Source: a virus. From it: DNA of 64,000 bases. Positions 56,154 to 64,000 of this stretch are shown here, piece after piece. The stretch is taken from positions 96,001 through 160,000 of the IMG/VR virus record IMGVR_UViG_3300032294_003343; one strand, written 5' to 3'. Each line of letters begins with the position of its first letter. Within the stretch, counting starts at the first letter, position 1. The notes below the pieces were generated by a model, which did not search any database, was not told the origin of the DNA, and was given only the letters and a program-made list of their open reading frames with translations. The position numbers and the translations under genes are program-made.

Positions 56154-58263
56154 ATCGTCTATTTAGATTAACCATTTTTGATCTTGGCAATCTGACCATA
56201 ATTTTAGATGTAAGGCATTCATAAGCTACAGCAGCTACAGCATCACAAATATCATCTTTATATCCAGAAAGAGCTTCTATGTAATATCTTTTACCTTTCC
56301 ACTTCTTTTGTAAGAATAAAAATTGAATTTTTGCTTCTTGAATTTCATTTAGCGAAATTAATTTTTTATCTTGATCGTAATATTCACCACCAGATAAATC
56401 ATATATATCAATTCGATCATCACGAATTAATTGAGATAATTCTGTGTAAATATTTTCTTTATATTCTTTATTAAATTGACGCTCTACAATTGGAATTCTC
56501 ATTGATTGCAATTTTATGATAGAAGATTGCGAATTCCATTGGTCTATTGATACTTGCTTAAATTTAAATTTATTATGTAAATCAATTACATAATCTTCAA
56601 CTTCACTTTCTTTAACTGGTTGATTTTTCGATTTAGGATTCCAGAAATGAATATGGTCTATCACTACTCTTTTTAATGGTTTAAAGTCAGGGCCAATTTG
56701 TCCATACATATTTTCAGTATGAGCAATGACAAGAGCATAATAGTCAGAGGTACGAGCTGGATCTAAATGGCAGAAATACTCAAAGTTTCCTTCGGCTCTT
56801 TCTTTTCTCTTAACCATTGACATAGATGAGAACATTCTGTCTATATCATCAGAAACAAACATAGGGTCAGATGAAGAAGCTCCAAATTCTGCTCCATATT
56901 GCATTTGGAATTCTTGTGGATCTTTTTTCTTTTGACCATCTAACCATTCTTTATCAATGTTAGGATTTGTAAGCCAAGTTGGAAGTCTCATTACAAGTGT
57001 AGTAGGATCTTCTTGTCTATTTTCATGCAAATCATAAAGTAATCCAATTGGACCTTTGGGGTTGGAAAGAAGCATCATTTTTCCATCTTTACCAAATGTA
57101 GCAAGAGATGGCTTCAAATCATCATAAAGAGCATAGTCAACACCAGAATCAGGATTATCTCCTGCCATAGCTGCAACTTCGTCCATGATGATTGTCCAAC
57201 AAGTTAAACCAACAAGACCTGAAGCATTACTGGAACCACATCTTAATACCAAAGAACCCGCAAAAAGATTGATATTTTGCTCTTTTCTTCTTACATTCTC
57301 TTCTCGGTCATGTTCAGTGTAAAATCGCATTTCAAGCTCTGTATCTTTGCCAATATAAGGTGCAAAAAATGGAGAAGCTAAAACTGTTTGCTTGATTTTA
57401 GAGAAGATTGCTTTCTTAGCCTGTTCTTCATTACGAGCAACGTTGAGAATAACAACTTCATCAAATTCCATCAAGCCATATCTTGCTTGAGGATGACCCA
57501 TAGAAATCAATCTATATAATTCATAAAGAGCCATAGCAGAAACAAGGAATGATTTTCCTGAACGTCTACCAAGTACTAAAACTAATTCTTCAAATTTGTA
57601 TCTTTTAGTACATTTGTCTTGAACTTGCATCCTTAGCTTTGGATCAAATTCTTCAGAGTAAAGTAAATCAAATTCACTTTGAAATCCATCAATTATAGGT
57701 CTTGCTTCTAATACTTCTACTTGTCTTTCTGCATCAGGATTGGTAGCTTCGTCTTTAGCAAATTTATATCTTTCATCTCTAACACTACCGTCAAGACGTT
57801 TGCATTGTAGGCAAGGTGAATTAACAACATTGAAGATTGTCTTAAATTGTTTACCTTCTGAACGAGCTTTTAAGAAATCATTTTCATTCTTGTGAACATA
57901 ATCCCATACACATCCCTTACAATCTTCTTGATTATCAGATTCATCTATAACAAGATTGGTATTACCTTCTTGTCCCATATAAAAACATTTTAGTATAAGT
58001 TTTTGCCAGGGATATGGTTTTAGATTACAAAAATAAGGATGCTCAATAAATGTAATAATATCTACAATTTGATCAGGATTAAATCTATCTTTGCTTGGTT
58101 TAAGAGGAGGGGAAACTTCTGATCTTGTGGCAGGAGCAATTTCATCAACAAAATCATCTGCATATTCAGTACCCTTAAATAATTCTGTTACTGAATTGGC
58201 TTGCTGAAGTAATTGTGTTCGTAATTCTGCGGGAGATTTAGGAACTTGGGTTTGTTTTCTCAT
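56152..58263 (-). CDS. terL: Terminase large subunit
   Basis: PYPWQ, Walker A LGRRSGKS, Walker B IIMDE, LLSNP, and nuclease motifs HLDPARTSD and KDDICDA. Confidence 0.92.
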   Translation of the reverse strand: MRKQTQVPKSPAELRTQLLQQANSVTELFKGTEYADDFVDEIAPATRSEVSPPLKPSKDRFNPDQIVDIITFIEHPYFCNLKPYPWQKLILKCFYMGQEGNTNLVIDESDNQEDCKGCVWDYVHKNENDFLKARSEGKQFKTIFNVVNSPCLQCKRLDGSVRDERYKFAKDEATNPDAERQVEVLEARPIIDGFQSEFDLLYSEEFDPKLRMQVQDKCTKRYKFEELVLVLGRRSGKSFLVSAMALYELYRLISMGHPQARYGLMEFDEVVILNVARNEEQAKKAIFSKIKQTVLASPFFAPYIGKDTELEMRFYTEHDREENVRRKEQNINLFAGSLVLRCGSSNASGLVGLTCWTIIMDEVAAMAGDNPDSGVDYALYDDLKPSLATFGKDGKMMLLSNPKGPIGLLYDLHENRQEDPTTLVMRLPTWLTNPNIDKEWLDGQKKKDPQEFQMQYGAEFGASSSDPMFVSDDIDRMFSSMSMVKRKERAEGNFEYFCHLDPARTSDYYALVIAHTENMYGQIGPDFKPLKRVVIDHIHFWNPKSKNQPVKESEVEDYVIDLHNKFKFKQVSIDQWNSQSSIIKLQSMRIPIVERQFNKEYKENIYTELSQLIRDDRIDIYDLSGGEYYDQDKKLISLNEIQEAKIQFLFLQKKWKGKRYYIEALSGYKDDICDAVAAVAYECLTSKIMVRLPRSKMVNLNRR

Positions 58264-58943
58264 TAATTATCTTGTTGAATTTTTTCTCTTAATGCAACAA
58301 TTTCTTCTCTGATGATTCTTTTGTCATTTTCAGAATCCATCTTTTCGTGCAATTTAGCAAGAATTTCAAAAATGTTGATATTATAAATACCTTGATTATC
58401 TCTAACTTCTTTAAGATGCAAAATTTTAGAAATTAACTTTTCTACCATTGCTGCTCTCTTAAGTTTCATATCATTATTTTTAGAGCAGTCAATTCCTCTT
58501 ACATCATCAAGCTCTACAAGTAAAGCGGTAAGGGCAAGATGGTGTTCTCGGAAAATCCAAGGGGCAATCAGTTCTTCTCGTTGTTCGTAATTCTTAAGAC
58601 CTGAAGTAGAAATCTTTTTAAAATCACAGTGTTGTTCCATATGAGTATTAATCTGCATCCAGTTCATCTGTGCATCAAAATACTGTTGGAAAAATCTAAT
58701 TACTGATTGATTTTTACGTCCTGAATCAAGATATACATGTTCTACCAAATCTCTAAAAGGCGAAGTACAAATTGCGCATCTTGGTTCCATAAATTGAGGA
58801 TAAGATATATCACTCATATTATCAGGGGGAAGAGGCATTAATGGTTTGTCCCCTTCTTTCAAATCCCTGAACATTTTAGATGGCTTTTTTGGCCCTTCAT
58901 CGGGAACAATTAGTGCATCTACAGTTTCTTTTTTTGATTCCAT
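58263..58943 (-). CDS. Putative terminase small subunit (Zn finger plus helical)
   Basis: Directly upstream of and overlapping terL, with CAIC..HMEQHC. Start moved to ATG 58943, preceded by TGTATAAC-N7. Confidence 0.5.
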   Translation of the reverse strand: MESKKETVDALIVPDEGPKKPSKMFRDLKEGDKPLMPLPPDNMSDISYPQFMEPRCAICTSPFRDLVEHVYLDSGRKNQSVIRFFQQYFDAQMNWMQINTHMEQHCDFKKISTSGLKNYEQREELIAPWIFREHHLALTALLVELDDVRGIDCSKNNDMKLKRAAMVEKLISKILHLKEVRDNQGIYNINIFEILAKLHEKMDSENDKRIIREEIVALREKIQQDN

Positions 58944-58959
58944 TTTTATAGTTATACAA

Positions 58960-58991
58960 AACAAACAAGCCGCTGGAAAGCGGCTTGTTTG
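58960..58991 (-). terminator. Intrinsic terminator
   Basis: caaacaagccgct-ggaa-agcggcttgtttg stem with a T-rich tail on the minus strand. Confidence 0.8.
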
Positions 58992-59008
58992 AGAGTTTAG
59001 AGTGTAAG

Positions 59009-59722
59009 TTAGTCTTTGAGGGCTCTTTTTAATCTTTGATACGGAGAAACTGTATCAGCAGCTTTCACCATATATTCATCAGCGAGTCCGAAATCAACAT
59101 AATTTCCACCAATAAATTTGTCGCTTGATGAAGTTGCATTAGATAAATCAACTTCAGCGGTTCCCTTCTTCATAGATACAACAAATTTAGTTTTAGAAGC
59201 GGTCTTAATTTGTGCTTCTTGAGATTGTGCTAAAAGAACATTGTTTAGTAATGTTTCTTCAACAAAAGGCTTCAAGGATGCGTGAAGATTACCTTTGCCA
59301 GTTCTACTTTCCTTAGCAGCCTCAGTAAGTCTTACCCAATAAGCCAAGCCCTTTTCATCTGTCTTTACAATAGAATGTGGACCAGTGCAAAGTCTCTTGA
59401 CAAATTCCTTAGCAGATAATTTAGTCAATGATCTTTCAATAACAGGAGCACAGTCAGAATACTTTGTTGGAACGACAGCAACTTCGACAGCAGTGTTTTG
59501 TTCTACTTCTTCAGTAGAATCAAACAACTTGGAAGCAACTCTATTAGCAATGTCCAAATCAAAATTATCAGCTGCAAGCAATTCTACAACTTCGGACTTA
59601 TCGAAACCTTGATTTTTATATTTTTGAGCTTGACTATTAGCTACAACGAGAACGCCATCATGATGTGAACGTAATTCATTGCGCCAGTTATAAATCATGT
59701 CATTTGTGTTGTTTTCAGACAC
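59009..59722 (-). CDS. Hypothetical protein, possibly head-associated
   Basis: 237 aa, GTG start with an AAGGGAG RBS, and RVAS/KTAS motifs. Confidence 0.65.
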   Translation of the reverse strand: MSENNTNDMIYNWRNELRSHHDGVLVVANSQAQKYKNQGFDKSEVVELLAADNFDLDIANRVASKLFDSTEEVEQNTAVEVAVVPTKYSDCAPVIERSLTKLSAKEFVKRLCTGPHSIVKTDEKGLAYWVRLTEAAKESRTGKGNLHASLKPFVEETLLNNVLLAQSQEAQIKTASKTKFVVSMKKGTAEVDLSNATSSSDKFIGGNYVDFGLADEYMVKAADTVSPYQRLKRALKD

Positions 59723-59782
59723 TTCTCTAATCTCCCTTAGATTTTTTTGATCCCCACCAGTAAAAGGACTTAATTAAATAAT

Positions 59783-59821
59783 AAAACCTCCAGACGCACT
59801 TATAATGTCTTAGAGGTTTTT
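59783..59821. terminator. Possible terminator hairpin downstream of the sigma gene
   Basis: aaaacctc-cagac..gtct-ta-gaggtttt imperfect inverted repeat. Confidence 0.45.
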
Positions 59822-59866
59822 GTGGAACATAATTATATAATACGAGAAATCAAAAAATATATTCCA

Positions 59867-60433
59867 TTAATCAAAAAGGAAATCTTTTCCCAATATATTT
59901 TTCATTTGTTCAAGAGCTTTAGATAATCTTTTTGAAAATGCACCTTGGGTTATTCCAAGCTTTTCAGATGCTTCTTTCTGATCTAATTGCTCAAAGAAAT
60001 AAACTTGAATCACTTCTTTGCTCTTATCATTTAATTTTTCAAATGCTTGATGGATACAAATTACATTGTCAATCTTGTTAAATGGATCATCATATTGTTC
60101 AGTAAATTCAACCTCTTCAACTGATTCTTCTTTTGGAAAATACTTATCAGAAATATATCTAAATAAATTAATATCAATTCTTGTTGATAAAAAATAAGAA
60201 AAATAAGAAAGTTTAGGATCGTATTGGTCTATTAGCTTGATAAAAACAAATAGAGTGTCGCCCAAAATATCTTCTCTGTAAGGAGACAGTCTTGGTTCTT
60301 TATAGAGAATTCTTTTTACCGATGAAATAAATAAAGGTTTATAAAATTCATAAAGCTCATATAAAGCCGAATCATCACCAGCTTTGTATTTAAATAATAA
60401 CTTATTGATTTCGTCGTAGTTCTGATCGGCCAT
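59867..60433 (-). CDS. Phage-encoded sigma-70 family RNA polymerase sigma factor
   Basis: Region 2 (GDDSALYELY..YDPK..FSYF) and region 4 HTH (KLNDKSKEVI..QKEASEKLGITQGAFSKRLSKAL). Confidence 0.85.
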   Translation of the reverse strand: MADQNYDEINKLLFKYKAGDDSALYELYEFYKPLFISSVKRILYKEPRLSPYREDILGDTLFVFIKLIDQYDPKLSYFSYFLSTRIDINLFRYISDKYFPKEESVEEVEFTEQYDDPFNKIDNVICIHQAFEKLNDKSKEVIQVYFFEQLDQKEASEKLGITQGAFSKRLSKALEQMKNILGKDFLFD

Positions 60434-60440
60434 ATAAAAA

Positions 60441-61442
60441 TTATACAGATGCCAGTTTTGAAATTAATATAGGAACAGAATGATTTACAGAACCATTAGT
60501 TCGTAGGTCAACTATTGAATCAACCACCATTGTAATCATTTTAGAAAACTGGGCTGGACTATATAAATTCTCTTTGCTCGATTGTATACGAATTCTTATT
60601 GGATTTTGAGCTTTGACAGTGAATGTAGGCTCTTTGTATTCTTCGTCTAAATATTTGCCTAAAATATCACGTAATTCGACAATCTCTTGCACTTTGGTCA
60701 ATGGAAGATTTGTCTTATTAGTTTCTGATATCACAAGCATAAAGTTTAATTGACTTAAGAGAACTAATAAAAAGCCTTGTTCACCCATAGAATCGATAAG
60801 AAGATCTATCTTTGTTAGGCAGTAGTCCAAATCTTTATTCATCAGTTTGTCGATAAATTCGAATATGTCGCATTCTTCATTAAAAGAAGCATTTGTAATG
60901 TCACGCAGAAATATTTTATCTGTGTAGGAAATGATCTTTTCTAATTCTTTAAATAAAATATCAATGTCATAGCATAAGATTTCTTTCTTACTACCAGATT
61001 GCTTTGATTTAATGCGTAAAATAGGACATATTTCAACAAGATGATTTAGTGTCTCACCATTTATATTAGCATTATTCTTCATAACAAAATTATTGATATG
61101 GCGCTTTAACGAATTAGAGTCTCCCGCAAGTGGATAACTACAATCAAAAACTAAGTTATTCTTTTTAGCTTTAGCAATAAGAGATAATCTACCATCAAAG
61201 CTATCATCCTCATATAAAATGATGTGTTTGATTCCTAGCCTTTCACTCTTCTCTTGAATGAGCTTTATGTCTTCATTAGAAATATTTGTATGGATGTATA
61301 TGTTGTTATTATCAAAGAATTTAGAATAACTATTGATAATTTTTTCAACATTGTTGTCGAAACAAAGAATAAGACCAGGGAATTCTTCCTTGATCTTATT
61401 CAATGCTAAAGTGGTTGATCCGTAGTAAATTCTTGGAAACAT
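60441..61442 (-). CDS. DNA polymerase III delta (HolA)-like clamp-loader subunit
   Basis: 333 aa with ELEKIISY..I..DI..DIFEFIDKL pattern, adjacent to the sliding clamp gene. Confidence 0.6.
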   Translation of the reverse strand: MFPRIYYGSTTLALNKIKEEFPGLILCFDNNVEKIINSYSKFFDNNNIYIHTNISNEDIKLIQEKSERLGIKHIILYEDDSFDGRLSLIAKAKKNNLVFDCSYPLAGDSNSLKRHINNFVMKNNANINGETLNHLVEICPILRIKSKQSGSKKEILCYDIDILFKELEKIISYTDKIFLRDITNASFNEECDIFEFIDKLMNKDLDYCLTKIDLLIDSMGEQGFLLVLLSQLNFMLVISETNKTNLPLTKVQEIVELRDILGKYLDEEYKEPTFTVKAQNPIRIRIQSSKENLYSPAQFSKMITMVVDSIVDLRTNGSVNHSVPILISKLASV

Positions 61443-61443
61443 G

Positions 61444-62541
61444 TTAATCCATTGGGAACAGTAAATGCTTAAAGTTTTCTGCTTCTAACATCAATAAAAT
61501 AAAATCATTGTGCTTGATAAAATTAAGCTTAATTTTTCTACCATCTAGCAAATCTAAAACTCTTATCAAGTGAGCTGATACATATGACACGGAAAATATA
61601 TCATAATTATCAACATCAATTGTATCTACCACTGCATTTTTTTCGTTGCTATTGCCAGAAATGACAAGTTTATTTATTTCTAAATTCAAACTTATCATGT
61701 GAGAATTTGCAATGTTGGAGACAAACTTAACAGACTTGACTAGCGCATCTTTTTCTAATTCAAGAGATAAGAAAAATTCATCACTAAAGAATTGATTAAA
61801 ATTGGAGAATATTTTTTCAAAAGTATTCTTCTCAAGATTACAAAATAATTCTCCACCATCCCAAGTCAGAAAAAGCTTACTGTTATGAAGAGAAAAGACA
61901 ACTCCTGATACTTTTTCAACATAATACAAAACGATATCAGAAATGTTTTTTGAAATTAGATATGATGGTTGTAATTCATATTTCTTACCAAATACACTAA
62001 TTCTATGTTTGTCTGATGATTGAGTGTTGATTTTGCCATCTTCAATAAACCAGAGAATAGAAGTGTAAGGATGCTCATCAAAATCAGGCGCACAAGAAAA
62101 TGAAGTCATCTTAATGCTGTGAACAAAATCATCAACAGTTATATCTAATGGCTCTAAATTGCTAGAAAAATCCACTGTAAAGTTATCGACAGGAGCAGAA
62201 GCCAAAGACACTCTGGTTTTCTTATTGCCAAAGATAAGCATGTTTTCTTCAACATTATAAATAAATTGAATCTCTTCGGTTGGGAAATTGTTGACTGCAT
62301 TGTAGAAAGAAGAGATGTCCAAACCAAAAGTGCCATCTTCTGTGGGTTCGACATTCTTAAGTAAAAATTTAGAGCAGCAAAAATTGTTCTCTGATTGCAC
62401 ATAAAGTTTGCCATCAGAAGAATGAAAAATAAGACTACTCGATGATGTTTTATTTTCACGCATCGACAGTTTAGATTTCTCAATTTTATTAAGTAAGGCA
62501 AAACATACAAGATGCTCTGCCTTATTCAACTTAAATTTCAA
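61444..62541 (-). CDS. dnaN: DNA polymerase III beta sliding clamp
   Basis: ~365 aa three-domain pattern (VEPTEDG, SSDKHRIS, C-terminal LLFPM). Likely TTG start at 62541 overlapping the purA stop. Confidence 0.75.
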   Translation of the reverse strand: MKFKLNKAEHLVCFALLNKIEKSKLSMRENKTSSSSLIFHSSDGKLYVQSENNFCCSKFLLKNVEPTEDGTFGLDISSFYNAVNNFPTEEIQFIYNVEENMLIFGNKKTRVSLASAPVDNFTVDFSSNLEPLDITVDDFVHSIKMTSFSCAPDFDEHPYTSILWFIEDGKINTQSSDKHRISVFGKKYELQPSYLISKNISDIVLYYVEKVSGVVFSLHNSKLFLTWDGGELFCNLEKNTFEKIFSNFNQFFSDEFFLSLELEKDALVKSVKFVSNIANSHMISLNLEINKLVISGNSNEKNAVVDTIDVDNYDIFSVSYVSAHLIRVLDLLDGRKIKLNFIKHNDFILLMLEAENFKHLLFPMD

Positions 62542-63533
62542 TGTAGTTGCCCTTGGAATTGGATATATACACCAGGAAGTACCATTCCAACTTCTTTCCA
62601 AATATTAGAAACAAATGTATCTTCATTTGCACAAGAAATCAACATATTGTTTTCATAATAATTCCAAGCACTGTCAACTTGTCGAAGAACATCCATTTTG
62701 TTGACAATAAGCTTTGTGACACCATTCATTTGACAAGCAGTTATAACTTCTTGGATGTTTAGCCAGTCGATTTGTCTTGGTCGTCCGGTCGTGGCTCCAT
62801 ACTCTTGACCAATTTCTCTGAGTTGTTCAAATCGCTCGTCATCTTTTTGGTATCCTTTAGCTCCAACATAGGTAGAATAACACTTGATGACCCCGACAAC
62901 ATCCCGTACTTGCATAAAATTGAAACCATTATTTAATAATGCTCCTACTCCAGTGTTTGAAGAAGTGACATAAGGATAATCACCAAAGTCAACATCAAGC
63001 CAATATCCTTGAGCACCTTCAGCTAAAAACTTCTTCGGTTCTGAATGAATTAAATCGTGCATATTGACAAGAAAAGGTGCTAATTCAGGTACATCTTTAG
63101 CACGAAGCCCTGTGCGACCAACTTTGTCTTTATAACAAGGGCCATTCCCAGTGCGAGTTGTTCCAATAGTTGTATCTTTGGAATCTTCTTCGATATGTTC
63201 TAGGGTAATAATATGGGCGTTTTCTGCAATCTTTAAAAGCGATGTGTCAAATCCAAATCCTTCAAGATACTCAAGTTCGTCAAATAATTTTTGCGTATTG
63301 ATAACACAACCATTACCGATGACACTAGGAACACCATGCAGAATGCCGCAAGGAACAAGGTGTGTAACAATTTTCTCTCCATTGAGGTAAATTGTATGAC
63401 CAGCATTGCCTCCACCATTGAAGCGGACAACATAATCATAATTACCAGTACTTACTAGTTGATTGGCAATTTTACCTTTGCCTTCATCTCCATACTGCAT
63501 ACCAATAACTACATCTACAATCGAAGTTTCCAT
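62538..63533 (-). CDS. purA: Adenylosuccinate synthetase (short form)
   Basis: QYGDEGKGK, GGGNAGHT, IGTTRTGNGP, EGAQG, YPYVTSS, EYGATTGRPR and NKMDVL motifs. Confidence 0.93.
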   Translation of the reverse strand: METSIVDVVIGMQYGDEGKGKIANQLVSTGNYDYVVRFNGGGNAGHTIYLNGEKIVTHLVPCGILHGVPSVIGNGCVINTQKLFDELEYLEGFGFDTSLLKIAENAHIITLEHIEEDSKDTTIGTTRTGNGPCYKDKVGRTGLRAKDVPELAPFLVNMHDLIHSEPKKFLAEGAQGYWLDVDFGDYPYVTSSNTGVGALLNNGFNFMQVRDVVGVIKCYSTYVGAKGYQKDDERFEQLREIGQEYGATTGRPRQIDWLNIQEVITACQMNGVTKLIVNKMDVLRQVDSAWNYYENNMLISCANEDTFVSNIWKEVGMVLPGVYIQFQGQLH

Positions 63534-63565
63534 AAAAGAATATTACCAAGCTACCCATTCAAAAT

Positions 63566-63592
63566 CAAGGGCTTATGGGGATAAATGTAAAA
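63566..63592 (+). promoter_or_regulatory. Putative late promoter variant CAAGG-N17-TAAAA
   Basis: Spacing matches the head-gene motif, and it precedes an MWY-starting ORF. Confidence 0.4.
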
Positions 63593-63602
63593 TAAAGTAA
63601 AT

Positions 63603-64000
63603 ATGTGGTACTCAAGAATTATCGAATCAGCAACTGCCTGGGATGTCCTTTCAACTAAAGAAGTTGTTTGGAGTGGCTCTTTTTCTAGAACATTTAAAGA
63701 TTTTTCATTTTATAGCTCAACTAATATGCCTACTATGACTGCTATGCTTAAATTCTTAGCTGAAATAGAAAAAGGTAAAAATAACGATTCTATACTTGAT
63801 AAATATTTTGAAAAAGCTAAAGATGATCGAGTTGCAATGGCTGACATAATGAGTTTTGCTAGTGGATTATCAAAATTTATCGATACTGAAATGAAAAAGC
63901 AAGGTAGTTCTGCCAATACAGATATGATGAAAGTTCTTGATTTTTTGGGGAAATTAAATAGTTTCGCAAAATCTCAAGGTCAAAAAGGCAACAAATTAGG
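63603..64000 (+). CDS. Partial ORF not in the supplied track (MWYSRIIESATAWDVLSTK...), runs off the window
   Basis: Open from ATG 63603 to the window end without a stop, divergent from purA. Confidence 0.75.
   Translation, partial: MWYSRIIESATAWDVLSTKEVVWSGSFSRTFKDFSFYSSTNMPTMTAMLKFLAEIEKGKNNDSILDKYFEKAKDDRVAMADIMSFASGLSKFIDTEMKKQGSSANTDMMKVLDFLGKLNSFAKSQGQKGNKL

Noticed and set aside
46098-58263. Inteins or group I introns in portal or terminase
   Set aside because: No C/S...HN-C/S/T splice motifs or LAGLIDADG segments are visible. The extra sequence is Cys-rich inserts and a terminal nuclease-like domain.
62538-63533. PurZ (2-aminoadenine, Z-genome) instead of PurA
   Set aside because: The motif is GDEGKG with the catalytic Asp of PurA. 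PurZ has Ser at this position (GSTGKG), and no datZ/mazZ-like neighbours are visible.
1-64000. Genome-wide stop-codon reassignment (TAG or TGA)
   Set aside because: Genes are full length in code 11. TAG and TGA both end genes cleanly, and TGA often appears in ATGA overlaps.
1-64000. CRISPR array, tRNA or rRNA genes
   Set aside because: Intergenic gaps are short, and no spaced direct repeats or tRNA/rRNA signatures were seen by eye.

Overview
This AT-rich window is part of a large (probably jumbo) tailed dsDNA phage genome in the standard genetic code. From left to right it holds four blocks. (1) A + strand neck/tail block (1-16035) encodes head-tail connectors, two large Ser/Thr/Asn-rich virion proteins, and two tail-tube-like genes each followed by a chaperone-like gene. 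(2) A ~22 kb rare-sugar/glycan island (16032-38353) encodes two His-type 3-dehydrases (RfbH, ColD-like), a YerE-like ThDP enzyme, two ThDP E1 alpha/beta pairs, NeuB, RmlB/RmlC, methyltransferases, a B12 radical SAM enzyme, an HxD..H oxygenase and four glycosyltransferases, three of them paralogues. (3) A - strand head/packaging block (38428-59722) encodes the HK97-fold major capsid, a decoration protein, a scaffold, a ~1380-aa prohead protease, a portal fused to a DUF559-like nuclease, many putative internal head proteins, and the terminase. (4) A purA-clamp-holA-like-sigma factor operon follows. The most notable signals read from the sequence are these: the modular glycan island placed between tail and head genes; an in-frame TGA splitting a head protein from a DUF192 domain that has no start codon for its N-terminus; two promoter classes (leaderless TAnnnT-N6/7-ATG and a putative late AAAGG-N17-TAGAA); and shared short peptide motifs ([KR]-x-A, E-x-Q-L, N-terminal WY) across head proteins. 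No tRNA, rRNA or CRISPR array was seen. All family calls are by motif recognition, without database searches.
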